64,000 nt of DNA from an uncultured Thermoplasmata archaeon (GTDB lineage: Archaea; Thermoplasmatota; Thermoplasmata; Halarchaeoplasmatales; Halarchaeoplasmataceae): NCBI GenBank assembly GCA_964458595.1, contig CAYWJQ010000003.1, forward strand, positions 123,116 through 187,115, given 5' to 3'. Shown here in pieces: positions 48,273-57,983 of the stretch; the stretch's first letter is position 1, and each line of letters begins with the position of its first letter. The notes below the pieces were generated by a model, which was not told the DNA's origin, ran no database searches, and saw only the letters and a list, made by a program, of their open reading frames with translations. The translations under genes and the position numbers were made by a program.

Positions 48273-49175
48273 ATGCCAGAAAAAAGGGCACCTAAAAATG
48301 GACCAAGTCCTGAACTCAGGAAAAAACTGGAAGATCTCGAAGACAAAGTAGAAAAGCCCTCACAGATAACCAGAATCAAAAGGTTACAAGATCTTCAGGA
48401 AAAATTAGAGGGCGCCCATAAGATAGAAAGGTTGAAAAACATAGAAAAAAAGGTGATACTAGCCCAAGTAGTCGGGATATTGATCTTTTTTCCCATAATA
48501 ATGTATGTCAACGGCATCTCCCTCGAACCTTTCTATCTTCCACTTTATCATTCTTCCCTGATGGTGTTGATCTGGACGTTGATACTTTCTCTTCAGGCAT
48601 TCATGTTCAAGATCATAGAGATAAAACGTCACGAGAGTTACAGTGCAAAATATATAATAGCGAGAAGATCGATCAGACGAGCTATACCGGTCGTTGTCAT
48701 CGCTTTGATCATCCTTACCTCACTTTACACGCCTTACGTGGTCGAGGAGATCAATTCGAGATCTTCCGTCGATCAAAGGATCGAACTGAATAGAAACGGA
48801 TATAATCAAGTAGAGTTGACGAACAAGGGCAGACTTGATTTTAGAGTATTGAAGAATTTGACCGTAAATCCACATCATTCTAGCGTCAGGGTAAGGATAT
48901 ATGATAAACAAACTAAAAATGATATAATCAATGAACGAATAAATAAAACCACTACTTTTCAGAAATTCAATACGAACGAATTCAGTGAACTCGTTCTCAG
49001 AGTTAACTCCTCTCATGTTTCCCAGGTCAGCTATAATACCCATGTGAAATTGAATCCGACGAAACGTACAGCGTTCACCTTATTGTCATTTTTCTATATC
49101 GCGATATTTTCTGAATGGGCCGCTCTGTTGTATCCGATCAAAAAGAGGTATTCGGGCGTAGGGATATATCATTAA
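48273..49175 (+). CDS. Hypothetical membrane protein with N-terminal coiled-coil (300 aa)
   Basis: LEDLEDKVEKPSQITRIKRLQDLQEKLEGAHKIERLKNIEKK, followed by 3-4 TM helices. No family recognised. Confidence 0.4.
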   Translation: MPEKRAPKNGPSPELRKKLEDLEDKVEKPSQITRIKRLQDLQEKLEGAHKIERLKNIEKKVILAQVVGILIFFPIIMYVNGISLEPFYLPLYHSSLMVLIWTLILSLQAFMFKIIEIKRHESYSAKYIIARRSIRRAIPVVVIALIILTSLYTPYVVEEINSRSSVDQRIELNRNGYNQVELTNKGRLDFRVLKNLTVNPHHSSVRVRIYDKQTKNDIINERINKTTTFQKFNTNEFSELVLRVNSSHVSQVSYNTHVKLNPTKRTAFTLLSFFYIAIFSEWAALLYPIKKRYSGVGIYH

Positions 49176-49969
49176 AAAGAACAGCATTTTTCTAAGCGCA
49201 CGACCTCATGATTTTTTTTCATCCATTTTTCTGTTCTTTTCGAAGGTAGAACTATCCCTTTAACTCCCCGTTTAAGGGCTTGGATCTCCATCTCTGGGCG
49301 TCCCTTTTCCCTCATGCAGCCCAGGATTGTTTCAATACCTTCGTCGACCTGATCCACTACAGAGAGAAGATTTTCTTTTTTCACGCTCTTACCGAAATTC
49401 AGCGGTATCAAGGTATTTAGAACTAATTTTTCCGGCTTATCTATCATCTCCACCGCCTTGAATTCACCTTTCAATACCCCTCCATTAAGACCTACCGTGA
49501 TATGAGGAACCACTTTCAGTCCACGATCGCGCAAACTATCATAACCTTCTTTATAATCTTCAGGGGTCGCATCTATCCCGTAGATATTTTCGATCGTTTC
49601 TTTAGATCCGATCATATCGTAGGAGACGATATCGATTTTACTTTCGATGAGTTTTTTTATCACTCTCTCGCTGGGAATACCGGTGTGAACGTTTATTTGA
49701 AGCGAGGTCTCTTCCTTTATCCTTTTAAGTTTATCGCAGAAATCTACTATCGGCACTCTACCTTTTTCATCACATCCGCCACTGAGGAGAAAACCGTTTC
49801 CTCCTGAATCTTCTAATTTTTTGGCAAAACTGTAAAGATCGTCTGGATCCGATATATTTTCCATGCTCTCGAGAAATCTTCCATCGCAGTGAGGGCAGGC
49901 AAGCGAACAAGAGTTGCCAGTGACCGATATACTGGGAAACTTATCCCCAGGGTGATACAATTTTTTCAT
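49172..49969 (-). CDS. Radical SAM domain protein (canonical Cx3Cx2C)
   Basis: SVTGNSCSLACPHCDGRF, ~265 aa TIM-barrel-sized. Subfamily not assignable. Confidence 0.6.
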   Translation of the reverse strand: MKKLYHPGDKFPSISVTGNSCSLACPHCDGRFLESMENISDPDDLYSFAKKLEDSGGNGFLLSGGCDEKGRVPIVDFCDKLKRIKEETSLQINVHTGIPSERVIKKLIESKIDIVSYDMIGSKETIENIYGIDATPEDYKEGYDSLRDRGLKVVPHITVGLNGGVLKGEFKAVEMIDKPEKLVLNTLIPLNFGKSVKKENLLSVVDQVDEGIETILGCMREKGRPEMEIQALKRGVKGIVLPSKRTEKWMKKNHEVVRLEKCCSF

Positions 49970-50219
49970 TATTATTTTGAGATGGGAGGTGATAAATAAT
50001 CTTGTGGTACATTGAACTGGTTGACCTGCTTTGTCTTTGACTATACTTGTTTATGAGTAGGGGGAAAACAGATGGACGATAAGATCAAAAGTTAAGACCA
50101 TAGGATCAGAGAAAATTGATGTATCTTGGTTGGTATTGAATGATAAGCTTTAATTATAGATAAATGGATTACTATCCCATTCAGTAGACTTTTGTTTATC
50201 AAGCTTTGCGAGGTAAAAT

Positions 50220-50759
50220 ATGGTTAATTTTGAGATGATCGGTGTTTTTATTGCTGCTACTGCGGGCCTACTAAGTGTGGCCATGGCTTTGATTTTTATC
50301 TATTATTCCTACAAAAATGCGTTAGAATTGAAGGGGGCTATTGGTAAGTTTCTCACGGCATTGGGGTCTGTTTTCTTTTTGATGCCCGGATTCTTATATG
50401 CGGGAGGAAGTATAGAAGCGGGTCTAGGGTCAGTTTTGAGGTATATTGCTTTTATACTATTTTTAGTCGGCCTTCTTTTGATGTTGAATGGCGCAGTATT
50501 CACTCTTAGAATTTTCTATAGAGAGGAAGATAAAAAATCTCCGATGAAGATATTGAAAAGACTCCCTAATGGTACTTATTTGATGGTAGGTTATATGGCC
50601 TTGGTCTTCGTTGCTTTCCCTTTCTATATGTTGAGTATATATGCCTCTGTAAGAACGATCTATGGATACATCGCATTGCTCGGTGTTGTGGTCTGTTATT
50701 CCTCATTTGCCATAGGTGAAAAAAATTGTATTCGAAGCTCACTGTTTCCACATCTTTAG
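50220..50759 (+). CDS. Polytopic membrane protein (5-6 TM); probable sensor domain of the downstream histidine kinase (separate gene or frameshifted N-terminus)
   Basis: Entirely hydrophobic helices. Ends 33 bp inside the start of the kinase ORF, in a different frame. Confidence 0.4.
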   Translation: MVNFEMIGVFIAATAGLLSVAMALIFIYYSYKNALELKGAIGKFLTALGSVFFLMPGFLYAGGSIEAGLGSVLRYIAFILFLVGLLLMLNGAVFTLRIFYREEDKKSPMKILKRLPNGTYLMVGYMALVFVAFPFYMLSIYASVRTIYGYIALLGVVVCYSSFAIGEKNCIRSSLFPHL

Positions 50760-52294
50760 AAGAACTTCCAGAAGAGAAATTAATGCTGCTGAAAGAAGAC
50801 GTGTATAATTTACGTCTGTTTACCTCATTGACCAATGATTATCTCGCGAAGATAAGACAAAGCATCGGTGAAGACAGTTTGAAAAAGTTTTTTGAATCTA
50901 GTGCTGTCAAAGAACTAACGTTATTTTCATACGATGTTTTAGATGATGAAGATAATTTATCGAGTAAAAAATTGAAGTCGAACTTAGTTTCCGATAATAA
51001 AAGCGAGAGAATCGAGCATATTTGTAATGAGTTCAGTCAGATTTTGTCTGGTTTAGTGGATTTTTACGGGAAATCTACATCGATTGATTATGCGAGATCA
51101 GAGCTGGAAAAAAGTTTTGGGGAAGTCAGAGAGAAGGTCGGTGAAAACCCGATCATATTTGATATACTCCGAAATCTGCCTGAAGAGGTTATGGAGGATG
51201 AAGGATATTCCCTTCTATCGAGGCAGGAATTGGAGTCTAAAGTAGAGAAGAGAACCGCTGAATTAGAGAATGTAATGGACACTATGGTGGATACTCTCAT
51301 CAAAGTAGATTCGAACGGAGATATAGAGATGGCTAATTATTCTCTTTATGAGTTGTTAGGCTATGAAGAGGATGAGGTTGTAGGCTCGAAGCCGGATAAA
51401 TTATTTTTAAAAGAGAAAGATGAACTAGGAAATGAAAAGTCACCTTGGAGAGAGATTTATAGAAAAATCAGAGAGAATGGATATACCAAGGACTACGAGG
51501 CGTATTATAAAACAAAAGGGGGTGAAAAGATTCCAGTCACATTCTCAGGATCAGTGATGGACTTGGAAGATCTGGAAATAAAGGGAAGGCCTGGAATAGT
51601 CTGCGTTGGAAAGGACATAACGGAACGGAAAGAAGCTGAAGAAAGGGCAGAATTTTTACATTCCTTGCTCAGGCACGACTTGGGAAACAAATTACAGATA
51701 ACTAGAGGCTTTTTGAATCTTGTTGATACCTCTGAGCTCCCTGATGAGGATAAAGAATACGTCGAAGATTCACTAAAGGGAGTCGATGGAGGTATCGAGT
51801 TGATAGAAAATATAAGAACTCTCAATGATCTTGAATCCGGGGAAACTAAGATGAAACCGATGGATTTAAAGGATACTTTAGAGGAGAGTATAAAGCGTCA
51901 TGATGATCTGAGAAAAAAGAAGGAATTTAAGATCGATAATAGAGTTGGGGATGAGGGGAAGATTGTCGAGGGTGGAGTACTGTTAAAAGAACTTTTTTCG
52001 AATCTTATAGAAAATACTCTCAAGCATTCCGAGGGCAGCATGATGGAGATCTCATGCGAAGAGAATGACCGAAGGATAAAAGTAATGGTGGAGGACGATG
52101 GGAAGGGCATCCCAGATGATATGAAAGATAAGATAACCGAGAAAGGCTATCAAGGCGAGGGATCCTCAGGGTCTGGTCTAGGTATGCATCTAGCTAAAAG
52201 GATCGCCCTCACCTATGGAGAAGCTTTTGAAGTGAAGGATTCGAAGTTGGGAGGAGCAAGATTTGATATAGTTTTGAACGCGGTAGAAGAATGA
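50726..52294 (+). CDS. Sensor histidine kinase (PAS + HisKA + HATPase_c), cytoplasmic portion
   Basis: PAS region (ANYSLYELLGYEEDEVVGSKPDKLF...), H-box FLHSLLRHDLGNKLQ, N/G boxes LFSNLIENTLKHS...GSGLGMHLAKRIA. Confidence 0.7.
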   Translation: MYSKLTVSTSLEELPEEKLMLLKEDVYNLRLFTSLTNDYLAKIRQSIGEDSLKKFFESSAVKELTLFSYDVLDDEDNLSSKKLKSNLVSDNKSERIEHICNEFSQILSGLVDFYGKSTSIDYARSELEKSFGEVREKVGENPIIFDILRNLPEEVMEDEGYSLLSRQELESKVEKRTAELENVMDTMVDTLIKVDSNGDIEMANYSLYELLGYEEDEVVGSKPDKLFLKEKDELGNEKSPWREIYRKIRENGYTKDYEAYYKTKGGEKIPVTFSGSVMDLEDLEIKGRPGIVCVGKDITERKEAEERAEFLHSLLRHDLGNKLQITRGFLNLVDTSELPDEDKEYVEDSLKGVDGGIELIENIRTLNDLESGETKMKPMDLKDTLEESIKRHDDLRKKKEFKIDNRVGDEGKIVEGGVLLKELFSNLIENTLKHSEGSMMEISCEENDRRIKVMVEDDGKGIPDDMKDKITEKGYQGEGSSGSGLGMHLAKRIALTYGEAFEVKDSKLGGARFDIVLNAVEE

Positions 52295-52399
52295 ATTATT
52301 GATCTTTTAATGCTGTACTAGATTCACTTGATCGGTAGGAAAAATGCCCTCACTCGGAGACCGATCAATTTATAAAAAAAGAATATCTACTCTGAAGAG

Positions 52400-52699
52400 A
52401 TGGCAGAGGACGATGGCAGGCAACGGTACGTAGCTTTCATGATCGAAGGCGGAGAGACCGACAGGAGAGGCATGATAGAGGCTATCAGAGATGAATTTTC
52501 TAGAAAAGAATATGATGAGATAAAACCGTGGTTGACCGTCTTTGAAGAAGATAGAGGGATAGTCAGGTGTAAACATACCGGTAAAAAAAGAGCGATAGAG
52601 ATATTGAATGAGATCGAAGTCGGCGGAGGCAAAGTAAAGACTATAAAAACCAGCGGGACAATAAAGAAGGCCAAGAAAGTGTTGACTGACCATGAATGA
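52400..52699 (+). CDS. rnp2: RNase P protein component 2 (Pop5/Rnp2 homologue)
   Basis: RQRYVAFMIEG...GIVRCKHTGKKRAIEILNEI...KTSGTIKKAKK. Size ~100 aa, the R-RY-AF-IE start and the SGTIKK tail are characteristic of archaeal Pop5. Confidence 0.6.
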   Translation: MAEDDGRQRYVAFMIEGGETDRRGMIEAIRDEFSRKEYDEIKPWLTVFEEDRGIVRCKHTGKKRAIEILNEIEVGGGKVKTIKTSGTIKKAKKVLTDHE

Positions 52700-54338
52700 T
52701 GATAGATGGGAAAAGAAAACAGATAGAAGAGAAAGAGTCGATATTTTAGTCGTTGACGGATATATCGACGAACCGAGTCTTTTGGGCGTACCACCTTACT
52801 TATCTCCAGAGCCCAGGATGTTAGTTGGTGTTGCCAGAGAGTCGGATCTGACTTGGGAATATATCACCGCAGACGAGTATAGGCGTAACGGCGTACCTCT
52901 AGGGGATATCATCCTTGTTCACGGAGGCGTGACCGTTCCTGGAAAATATATCGGTGGAACGCCTCTGACAGTGGAGGAAGCGGAAGAGATTGCCGAGGAG
53001 CCCGGAGAAACGTTCTTAGGGGGGCCTTTGGCGAGATATGAAGATGTTGATGGTTACGATCACTATGCGGAGAAGGATCTTGCGGCTTACTTTTACGATT
53101 CTCTTTTCGGAGAGGGTGAAGACAGATGGGCCGAGCCTGCTGAGATGGAGGACTGGCTGAAGTATGGGCATAAAGTTGTGGAAAGACATCCGCTTTTCCC
53201 GGATCCTTTAATCCTGGAGATGAGCGCTTATAGAGGCTGTCCGAGATATTTCACCGGCGGCTGTTCTTTTTGTTCCGAACCATCTTATGGAAAGCCTCAG
53301 TTTAGAGATCAGGAAGATATAATCGAGGAGATGGAGCTGTTATATGAGAAAGGGGTCAGGAATTTTAGACTCGGAGGCCAGTCCTGCACGGTGAGCTATA
53401 AAGCTGAAGGTATAGGTGAAAGGGAAGTTCCGATACCGAAGCCTGAAGAGATCGAAAGTTTATTCGAAGGTATCGATGAAGAGTGTCCGGATATAGAAGT
53501 TCTGCACGTAGATAATGCGAATCCCGCCGTGATATCTGAATATCCGGAGAAGAGTAGAAATATACTGGAAACTTTGGTTGAATACACCACATCCGGAAAC
53601 GTTCTAGCTCTTGGGATGGAAACCGCAGATGAAGACGTGATATTGGATAACAATCTCAATGCTGACCCCTTACAGGTCAAAGAAGCTGTGAGGCTGATAA
53701 ATGAAGTCGGTAGGAAGAGAGGCGAGAACGGGATGCCGAAACTGCTGCCCGGACTCAATTTTCTAGGCGGCTTAAAAGGCGAAACTAGAGAGACTTACGA
53801 GAAAAACTATCGATTTTTGGAGGAACTGATGGAAGAGGATCTCCTGCTCAGGAGGATAAACATCAGACAGGTACTATCGCACAGCGGAGAATTTTCGGTA
53901 AAATACAAGAACGAATTTAAACAGTTCAAAAAGAAGGTCCGCGAGAACATAGATCAACCGTTATTGGAAAAGATGCTGCCGGAAGGGACCACCCTGAAAA
54001 ATGTTTACATGGAGAAGATGGATGGCGAGACCACTTTCGGTCGTCAGGTCGGTACATATCCGTTACTGGTGGGTGTTGATTATCCTTTGGAACTCGGTGA
54101 GTATTATGATATCATGATTACGGATTATGGCTATAGAAGTGTTACGGGAATTCATAGGCCGTTTTATGTTGAAGATGCCTCTTTTAATCAACTTCAGAAG
54201 ATCCCGGGCATAGGAAAGAAAAGGGCCGCGACCATATTTAGAAAGAGGCCGGAAAGTGTCGAGGAACTAGGAAATATTATAGAAAATGGAAAGACGCTCG
54301 AAGAGATATCGAAGTTCGTAGAATTCAAAGGAGAATAG
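52692..54338 (+). CDS. Putative B12-binding-like/radical-SAM-like protein with non-canonical Cx7Cx2C cluster and C-terminal helix-hairpin-helix
   Basis: N-terminal Rossmann-like segment (DILVVDGYIDEPSLLGVPPYLSPEPRMLVGVARE). Cys cluster YRGCPRYFTGGCSFCSEP. C-terminal HhH (KIPGIGKKRAATIFRKRP). Overlaps the Pop5 gene by 8 bp. Confidence 0.4.
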   Translation: MNDDRWEKKTDRRERVDILVVDGYIDEPSLLGVPPYLSPEPRMLVGVARESDLTWEYITADEYRRNGVPLGDIILVHGGVTVPGKYIGGTPLTVEEAEEIAEEPGETFLGGPLARYEDVDGYDHYAEKDLAAYFYDSLFGEGEDRWAEPAEMEDWLKYGHKVVERHPLFPDPLILEMSAYRGCPRYFTGGCSFCSEPSYGKPQFRDQEDIIEEMELLYEKGVRNFRLGGQSCTVSYKAEGIGEREVPIPKPEEIESLFEGIDEECPDIEVLHVDNANPAVISEYPEKSRNILETLVEYTTSGNVLALGMETADEDVILDNNLNADPLQVKEAVRLINEVGRKRGENGMPKLLPGLNFLGGLKGETRETYEKNYRFLEELMEEDLLLRRINIRQVLSHSGEFSVKYKNEFKQFKKKVRENIDQPLLEKMLPEGTTLKNVYMEKMDGETTFGRQVGTYPLLVGVDYPLELGEYYDIMITDYGYRSVTGIHRPFYVEDASFNQLQKIPGIGKKRAATIFRKRPESVEELGNIIENGKTLEEISKFVEFKGE

Positions 54339-54348
54339 AGGTGATGAT

Positions 54349-55419
54349 TTGCAGCATATAGACGTGAAACCGATATGGTCGGACAGTATGGGGGCCAAAA
54401 GCACGTGCGTGAAAGTGGAGACGTCGGATACCTCTATGATCTTGGATCCCGCTGCCGCGGTCATGCAGAAAAGCTATCCTTTGAAGACTGAAAAAAAGTA
54501 CGAGTTATTGGATAGGGCTCGAAGAGAGATAGAAAAAGCTGCAGAGGGTGCGGAACACGTTTTCATCTCTCACTACCATTATGATCATCATTTTCTGCCC
54601 GATACCAGCGGTATAGATTTCTCAACAGTCTTTGAAGATAGAGAATTGTGGATCAAGGATCCAAATAGATGGATCAATCCTTCGCAGTGGAACCGGAGTA
54701 GAAAATTTCTGCAGGCACTTTTGGGCTTGGAAGATAAAGAGTTGGATATAGCGGATTTTGAATTTGACGCTGAAGAGAAAGAGTACGAAGATCCATTGAA
54801 AGAATTACCCATGCTTCAAGAGATCGAAGAAGGCGATTATGGAGATAGAAGGGAAGAACTTCACGAAAAGTGGAGAAAGAAATTTTTTGATCGGACCGAG
54901 ATGTGGAATAACGAGAAGCACGTAAAAGAGCCTTTGAAGCGAGTCCATTTCGCAGACGGTAAAACTATCAGGGAAGGAGATACCACGATAAAGTTTACAA
55001 AACCTATGTTCCACGGTATAGAGTACTCGAAAACAGGTTGGGTGTTGAGTGTAATCGTGGAAAAGGGGGATGAAAAGTTCATCTACACTTCCGACCTTCA
55101 AGGGCCGACTATAGAGGATTATACACAGTGGATAATCCAGGAGGATCCAGATTTTCTGGTACTGGACGGCCCGGCTACTTACCTTTTAGGATACATGCTC
55201 AACAATTTTAATCTAGATCGATCGGTAAATAACGCTGAAAGGATAGTAGAAGAATGCGATTTCGAAACCTTGCTCTATGATCATCATATCGCTCGGGAGT
55301 CGGGTTTTAGAGAGAAAACCGAAGCCTTATGGAAAGCTGCTGAAGAATCGGAAGGCGAGGTTCAGACTTTTAGGGGATATTTAAAAGGTGAGAAACCGCT
55401 GGTCGAAGAAATAGATTAA
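54349..55419 (+). CDS. Metallo-beta-lactamase-fold hydrolase
   Basis: ISHYHYDHH (HxHxDH motif). 356 aa. Confidence 0.55.
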   Translation: MQHIDVKPIWSDSMGAKSTCVKVETSDTSMILDPAAAVMQKSYPLKTEKKYELLDRARREIEKAAEGAEHVFISHYHYDHHFLPDTSGIDFSTVFEDRELWIKDPNRWINPSQWNRSRKFLQALLGLEDKELDIADFEFDAEEKEYEDPLKELPMLQEIEEGDYGDRREELHEKWRKKFFDRTEMWNNEKHVKEPLKRVHFADGKTIREGDTTIKFTKPMFHGIEYSKTGWVLSVIVEKGDEKFIYTSDLQGPTIEDYTQWIIQEDPDFLVLDGPATYLLGYMLNNFNLDRSVNNAERIVEECDFETLLYDHHIARESGFREKTEALWKAAEESEGEVQTFRGYLKGEKPLVEEID

Positions 55420-55940
55420 TCTATCCTTTTGAGTCCTTCTTTGTAACGTTTCGGAAAGGAGGCGTACTCTTCCTTGATCTCTTTCCATTTCTTTTTATAG
55501 GCATCTGATATTTCTTTTACCTCTTCAGCGGGAATACCTACAACGACATTCTCTTCCTCGACAGTTTGACCATTGCTGACCACCGCACCTTCTCCGACGA
55601 CGCCCCAATTTTTGACCTCGGCGTCATCGCTGACTATCGATCCCATACCTATGACCGCGTAATCGTAAATGGTCGCTCCATGGATTATAGCTCCGTGCCC
55701 TACGGTGACCCAATCTCCTATCTCCGTTCTCTCGTCGGGCCTCGCGTGCATCACGCAGTTCTCTTGTACGTTCGTGTTACTTCCTATCACTACGGTGCTG
55801 TAATCTCCTTTTATCCTGGTTCCGGGCCCTATGTAACAGTTTTCTCCTACAGTGACGTCGCCAATCACCGTTGCGCTTTTAGCTACGTAGCTTTTCTCTG
55901 AAACTTTAGGTTTCCTACCTTCGAACTCGTATATGGCCAT
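55416..55940 (-). CDS. Gamma-class carbonic anhydrase / hexapeptide-repeat (left-handed beta-helix) family protein
   Basis: Hexapeptide repeats (IGDVTVGENCYIGPGTRIKGD...), metal-binding His pattern of the gamma-CA/PaaY family, 174 aa. Confidence 0.65.
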   Translation of the reverse strand: MAIYEFEGRKPKVSEKSYVAKSATVIGDVTVGENCYIGPGTRIKGDYSTVVIGSNTNVQENCVMHARPDERTEIGDWVTVGHGAIIHGATIYDYAVIGMGSIVSDDAEVKNWGVVGEGAVVSNGQTVEEENVVVGIPAEEVKEISDAYKKKWKEIKEEYASFPKRYKEGLKRID

Positions 55941-56020
55941 AATCGCATATTAATTAAAGAGATTAAAAACCTTCCTCAAATGGAAAACGATATTATTCAC
56001 CCGCCCCATGTTATTAACCG

Positions 56021-56497
56021 ATGAAATACGTCCTGGACACTTCGGCTATACTTTCAGGAAAAGATATTCCACTGGATGATGACATGTACGTGCCACCTGG
56101 AGTCCTATCAGAGATAAGCGAGGGTGGACGCTGGCACAGGAAATTGGAGATGATGAGATCCGCGGGTCTGCAGGAATTGAATCCTCCTGGAAACTTGATC
56201 AACAGGGTAAAACAGCACTCTAACCAGACCGGAGATGCGATCCGTCTGTCGGATACCGACGTAGAAGTATTGGCTTTGGCCATATATGTGGAAGGTACGA
56301 TCCTTACCGACGACTACTCCATCCAGAACATGGCTAAAAACATGGATATAGAGTATAAAGGTGTGGCTCAAGATGAAATCGACGAGGAGTGGGAATGGGA
56401 ATACAGATGCGAAAACTGCCGTAGGTGGATCAAAGAACCGAAAGACGAATGTCCTAGGTGTGGAGGAGAAGTCACAAGCGCTAAGCTTGTGAGATGA
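56021..56497 (+). CDS. Nob1-like endoribonuclease: PIN domain + C-terminal zinc ribbon
   Basis: N-terminal PIN (MKYVLDTSAIL...TDD). C-terminal CENCRRWIKEPKDECPRCGG. The architecture and ~158 aa match archaeal Nob1. Confidence 0.55.
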   Translation: MKYVLDTSAILSGKDIPLDDDMYVPPGVLSEISEGGRWHRKLEMMRSAGLQELNPPGNLINRVKQHSNQTGDAIRLSDTDVEVLALAIYVEGTILTDDYSIQNMAKNMDIEYKGVAQDEIDEEWEWEYRCENCRRWIKEPKDECPRCGGEVTSAKLVR

Positions 56498-56501
56498 TTC
56501 C

Positions 56502-57137
56502 TTAGTTTATCCTGTCTAAAATATTTCCAGCTCTTTCGAAGGCTCTTTCTTTGAACTCGCCTTCCCTTTTTTCTTTATCTAAAAATTGTTTGATCTCTTT
56601 TTTGATCGTGGTTAGATGTTTATCCCTGTGTCCTTCGTCGATCGCTTTTTCCCCCTGCAGTTTTTGACCTCCTTCATGGAAGCCTTCGGCGAAGTACCAG
56701 TCCTTGAACCAGGTGAAACCTCTCTCGAAGAGTTTGAACCCCAGTCTAGTGCAGGGCGGAGGTGATCCACTCGATAGTAGACTCCTAGTTTCTTTGTCCT
56801 TGTAATATCCGATGAAGATCCTTCCGCCTTTGTCTAATTTTCTAGAAAAAACATCTAGAAGATAATCCTCCACTTGAGAGTCGAAAAATGCAAATTCTTT
56901 ATTTTCTAGAAAAGGCTCGGGCTGGATATCGAACAGCTCTATCCAAGGCTTGTAGTAGGGACTTTTCCCGTAGTAAACACTGACTCTCATCAACCTTCTC
57001 TTCTTTTCGCCCTTCTCTATCATCAATTCAAAATATTCTTGTCGGGATATCCGGCCTTCCTCAAAATTCTCTCCGTAGATGTTGTATCCGTCTATCTTTT
57101 TGCCTTCTTTTAGGTTACTGGTCAACTTTTCGGTCAT
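56502..57137 (-). CDS. Conserved hypothetical protein (211 aa)
   Basis: Continuous ORF convergent with Nob1-like gene. No confidently recognised domain. Confidence 0.35.
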   Translation of the reverse strand: MTEKLTSNLKEGKKIDGYNIYGENFEEGRISRQEYFELMIEKGEKKRRLMRVSVYYGKSPYYKPWIELFDIQPEPFLENKEFAFFDSQVEDYLLDVFSRKLDKGGRIFIGYYKDKETRSLLSSGSPPPCTRLGFKLFERGFTWFKDWYFAEGFHEGGQKLQGEKAIDEGHRDKHLTTIKKEIKQFLDKEKREGEFKERAFERAGNILDRIN

Positions 57138-57222
57138 CCGTTTTTCACTCTCTCATCTTTCACTACTTATGATTCTGATAGAAGAATGATTTTATTAACT
57201 TTTCCGATTTCGATGAGATGAT

Positions 57223-57969
57223 TCACTTTTTACAAATCACGATCTGCTGGCCGGAGTTGTTAGTGAATTCCGATTCATCAAAATCGCCGTACTTGTGTTC
57301 GATCTTAAATCCGTTGTATTTTAGAACTTCATGGACTTCTTTTGGAAACCAGATCCGGTTCGTCCATTCTCTTTTTTTCGTCGTATCGCCATATTCATAG
57401 AACCATGTAAGATGCATCAACTGGGAAGCTTTCTCATAGCGTACCTTTTCGGTTATCTCAACACTCCCCCTTGTCTCGGGATGATCGTATTCCATAACGG
57501 GATATTCTTCTTCAGGATCTCTCGTCAGGATATCGAGGTCGGGATTGAAGAATTCGATTATAAATCTTCCCTCGGGTCTAAGATGATTTTTTACATTTTT
57601 TAATAACATCTCCATGTCTTCGAGCGTCAGGATATGATGGATAGAATTGAAGGGAACGAATATCAGATTGAATCTTTTATTTAGAGAAAAAGTTCTCATA
57701 TCGTCTCGGATCCAATCGATTTCTAGATCGCTTTTTTCCGCTTTACTCTTAGCTCTTCTCAAGAGTTCTTTTGAGATATCCAACCCGATTATCTTATGCC
57801 CCTCTTTCGCTATAGGGATTGTTATCCTCCCGGTCCCACAGCCGAGCTCTAGTACCGGATCACCGTACTTTTCTACCTGTCTTTTGTAGAAGGGGATATC
57901 GATCTTTCTTTCAGTCATCGCATCATAATGTTCTCCGTCGAAATAGATGGGAAGCGATTCTTTTACCAT
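57223..57969 (-). CDS. Class I SAM-dependent methyltransferase
   Basis: Motif I VLELGCGTGRITIPIAKEG, motif post-I IGLDIS. Small-molecule/RNA MTase type (no DNA-MTase DPPY motif). Confidence 0.7.
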   Translation of the reverse strand: MVKESLPIYFDGEHYDAMTERKIDIPFYKRQVEKYGDPVLELGCGTGRITIPIAKEGHKIIGLDISKELLRRAKSKAEKSDLEIDWIRDDMRTFSLNKRFNLIFVPFNSIHHILTLEDMEMLLKNVKNHLRPEGRFIIEFFNPDLDILTRDPEEEYPVMEYDHPETRGSVEITEKVRYEKASQLMHLTWFYEYGDTTKKREWTNRIWFPKEVHEVLKYNGFKIEHKYGDFDESEFTNNSGQQIVICKK

Positions 57970-57983
57970 CTTCTCATGCGGCC

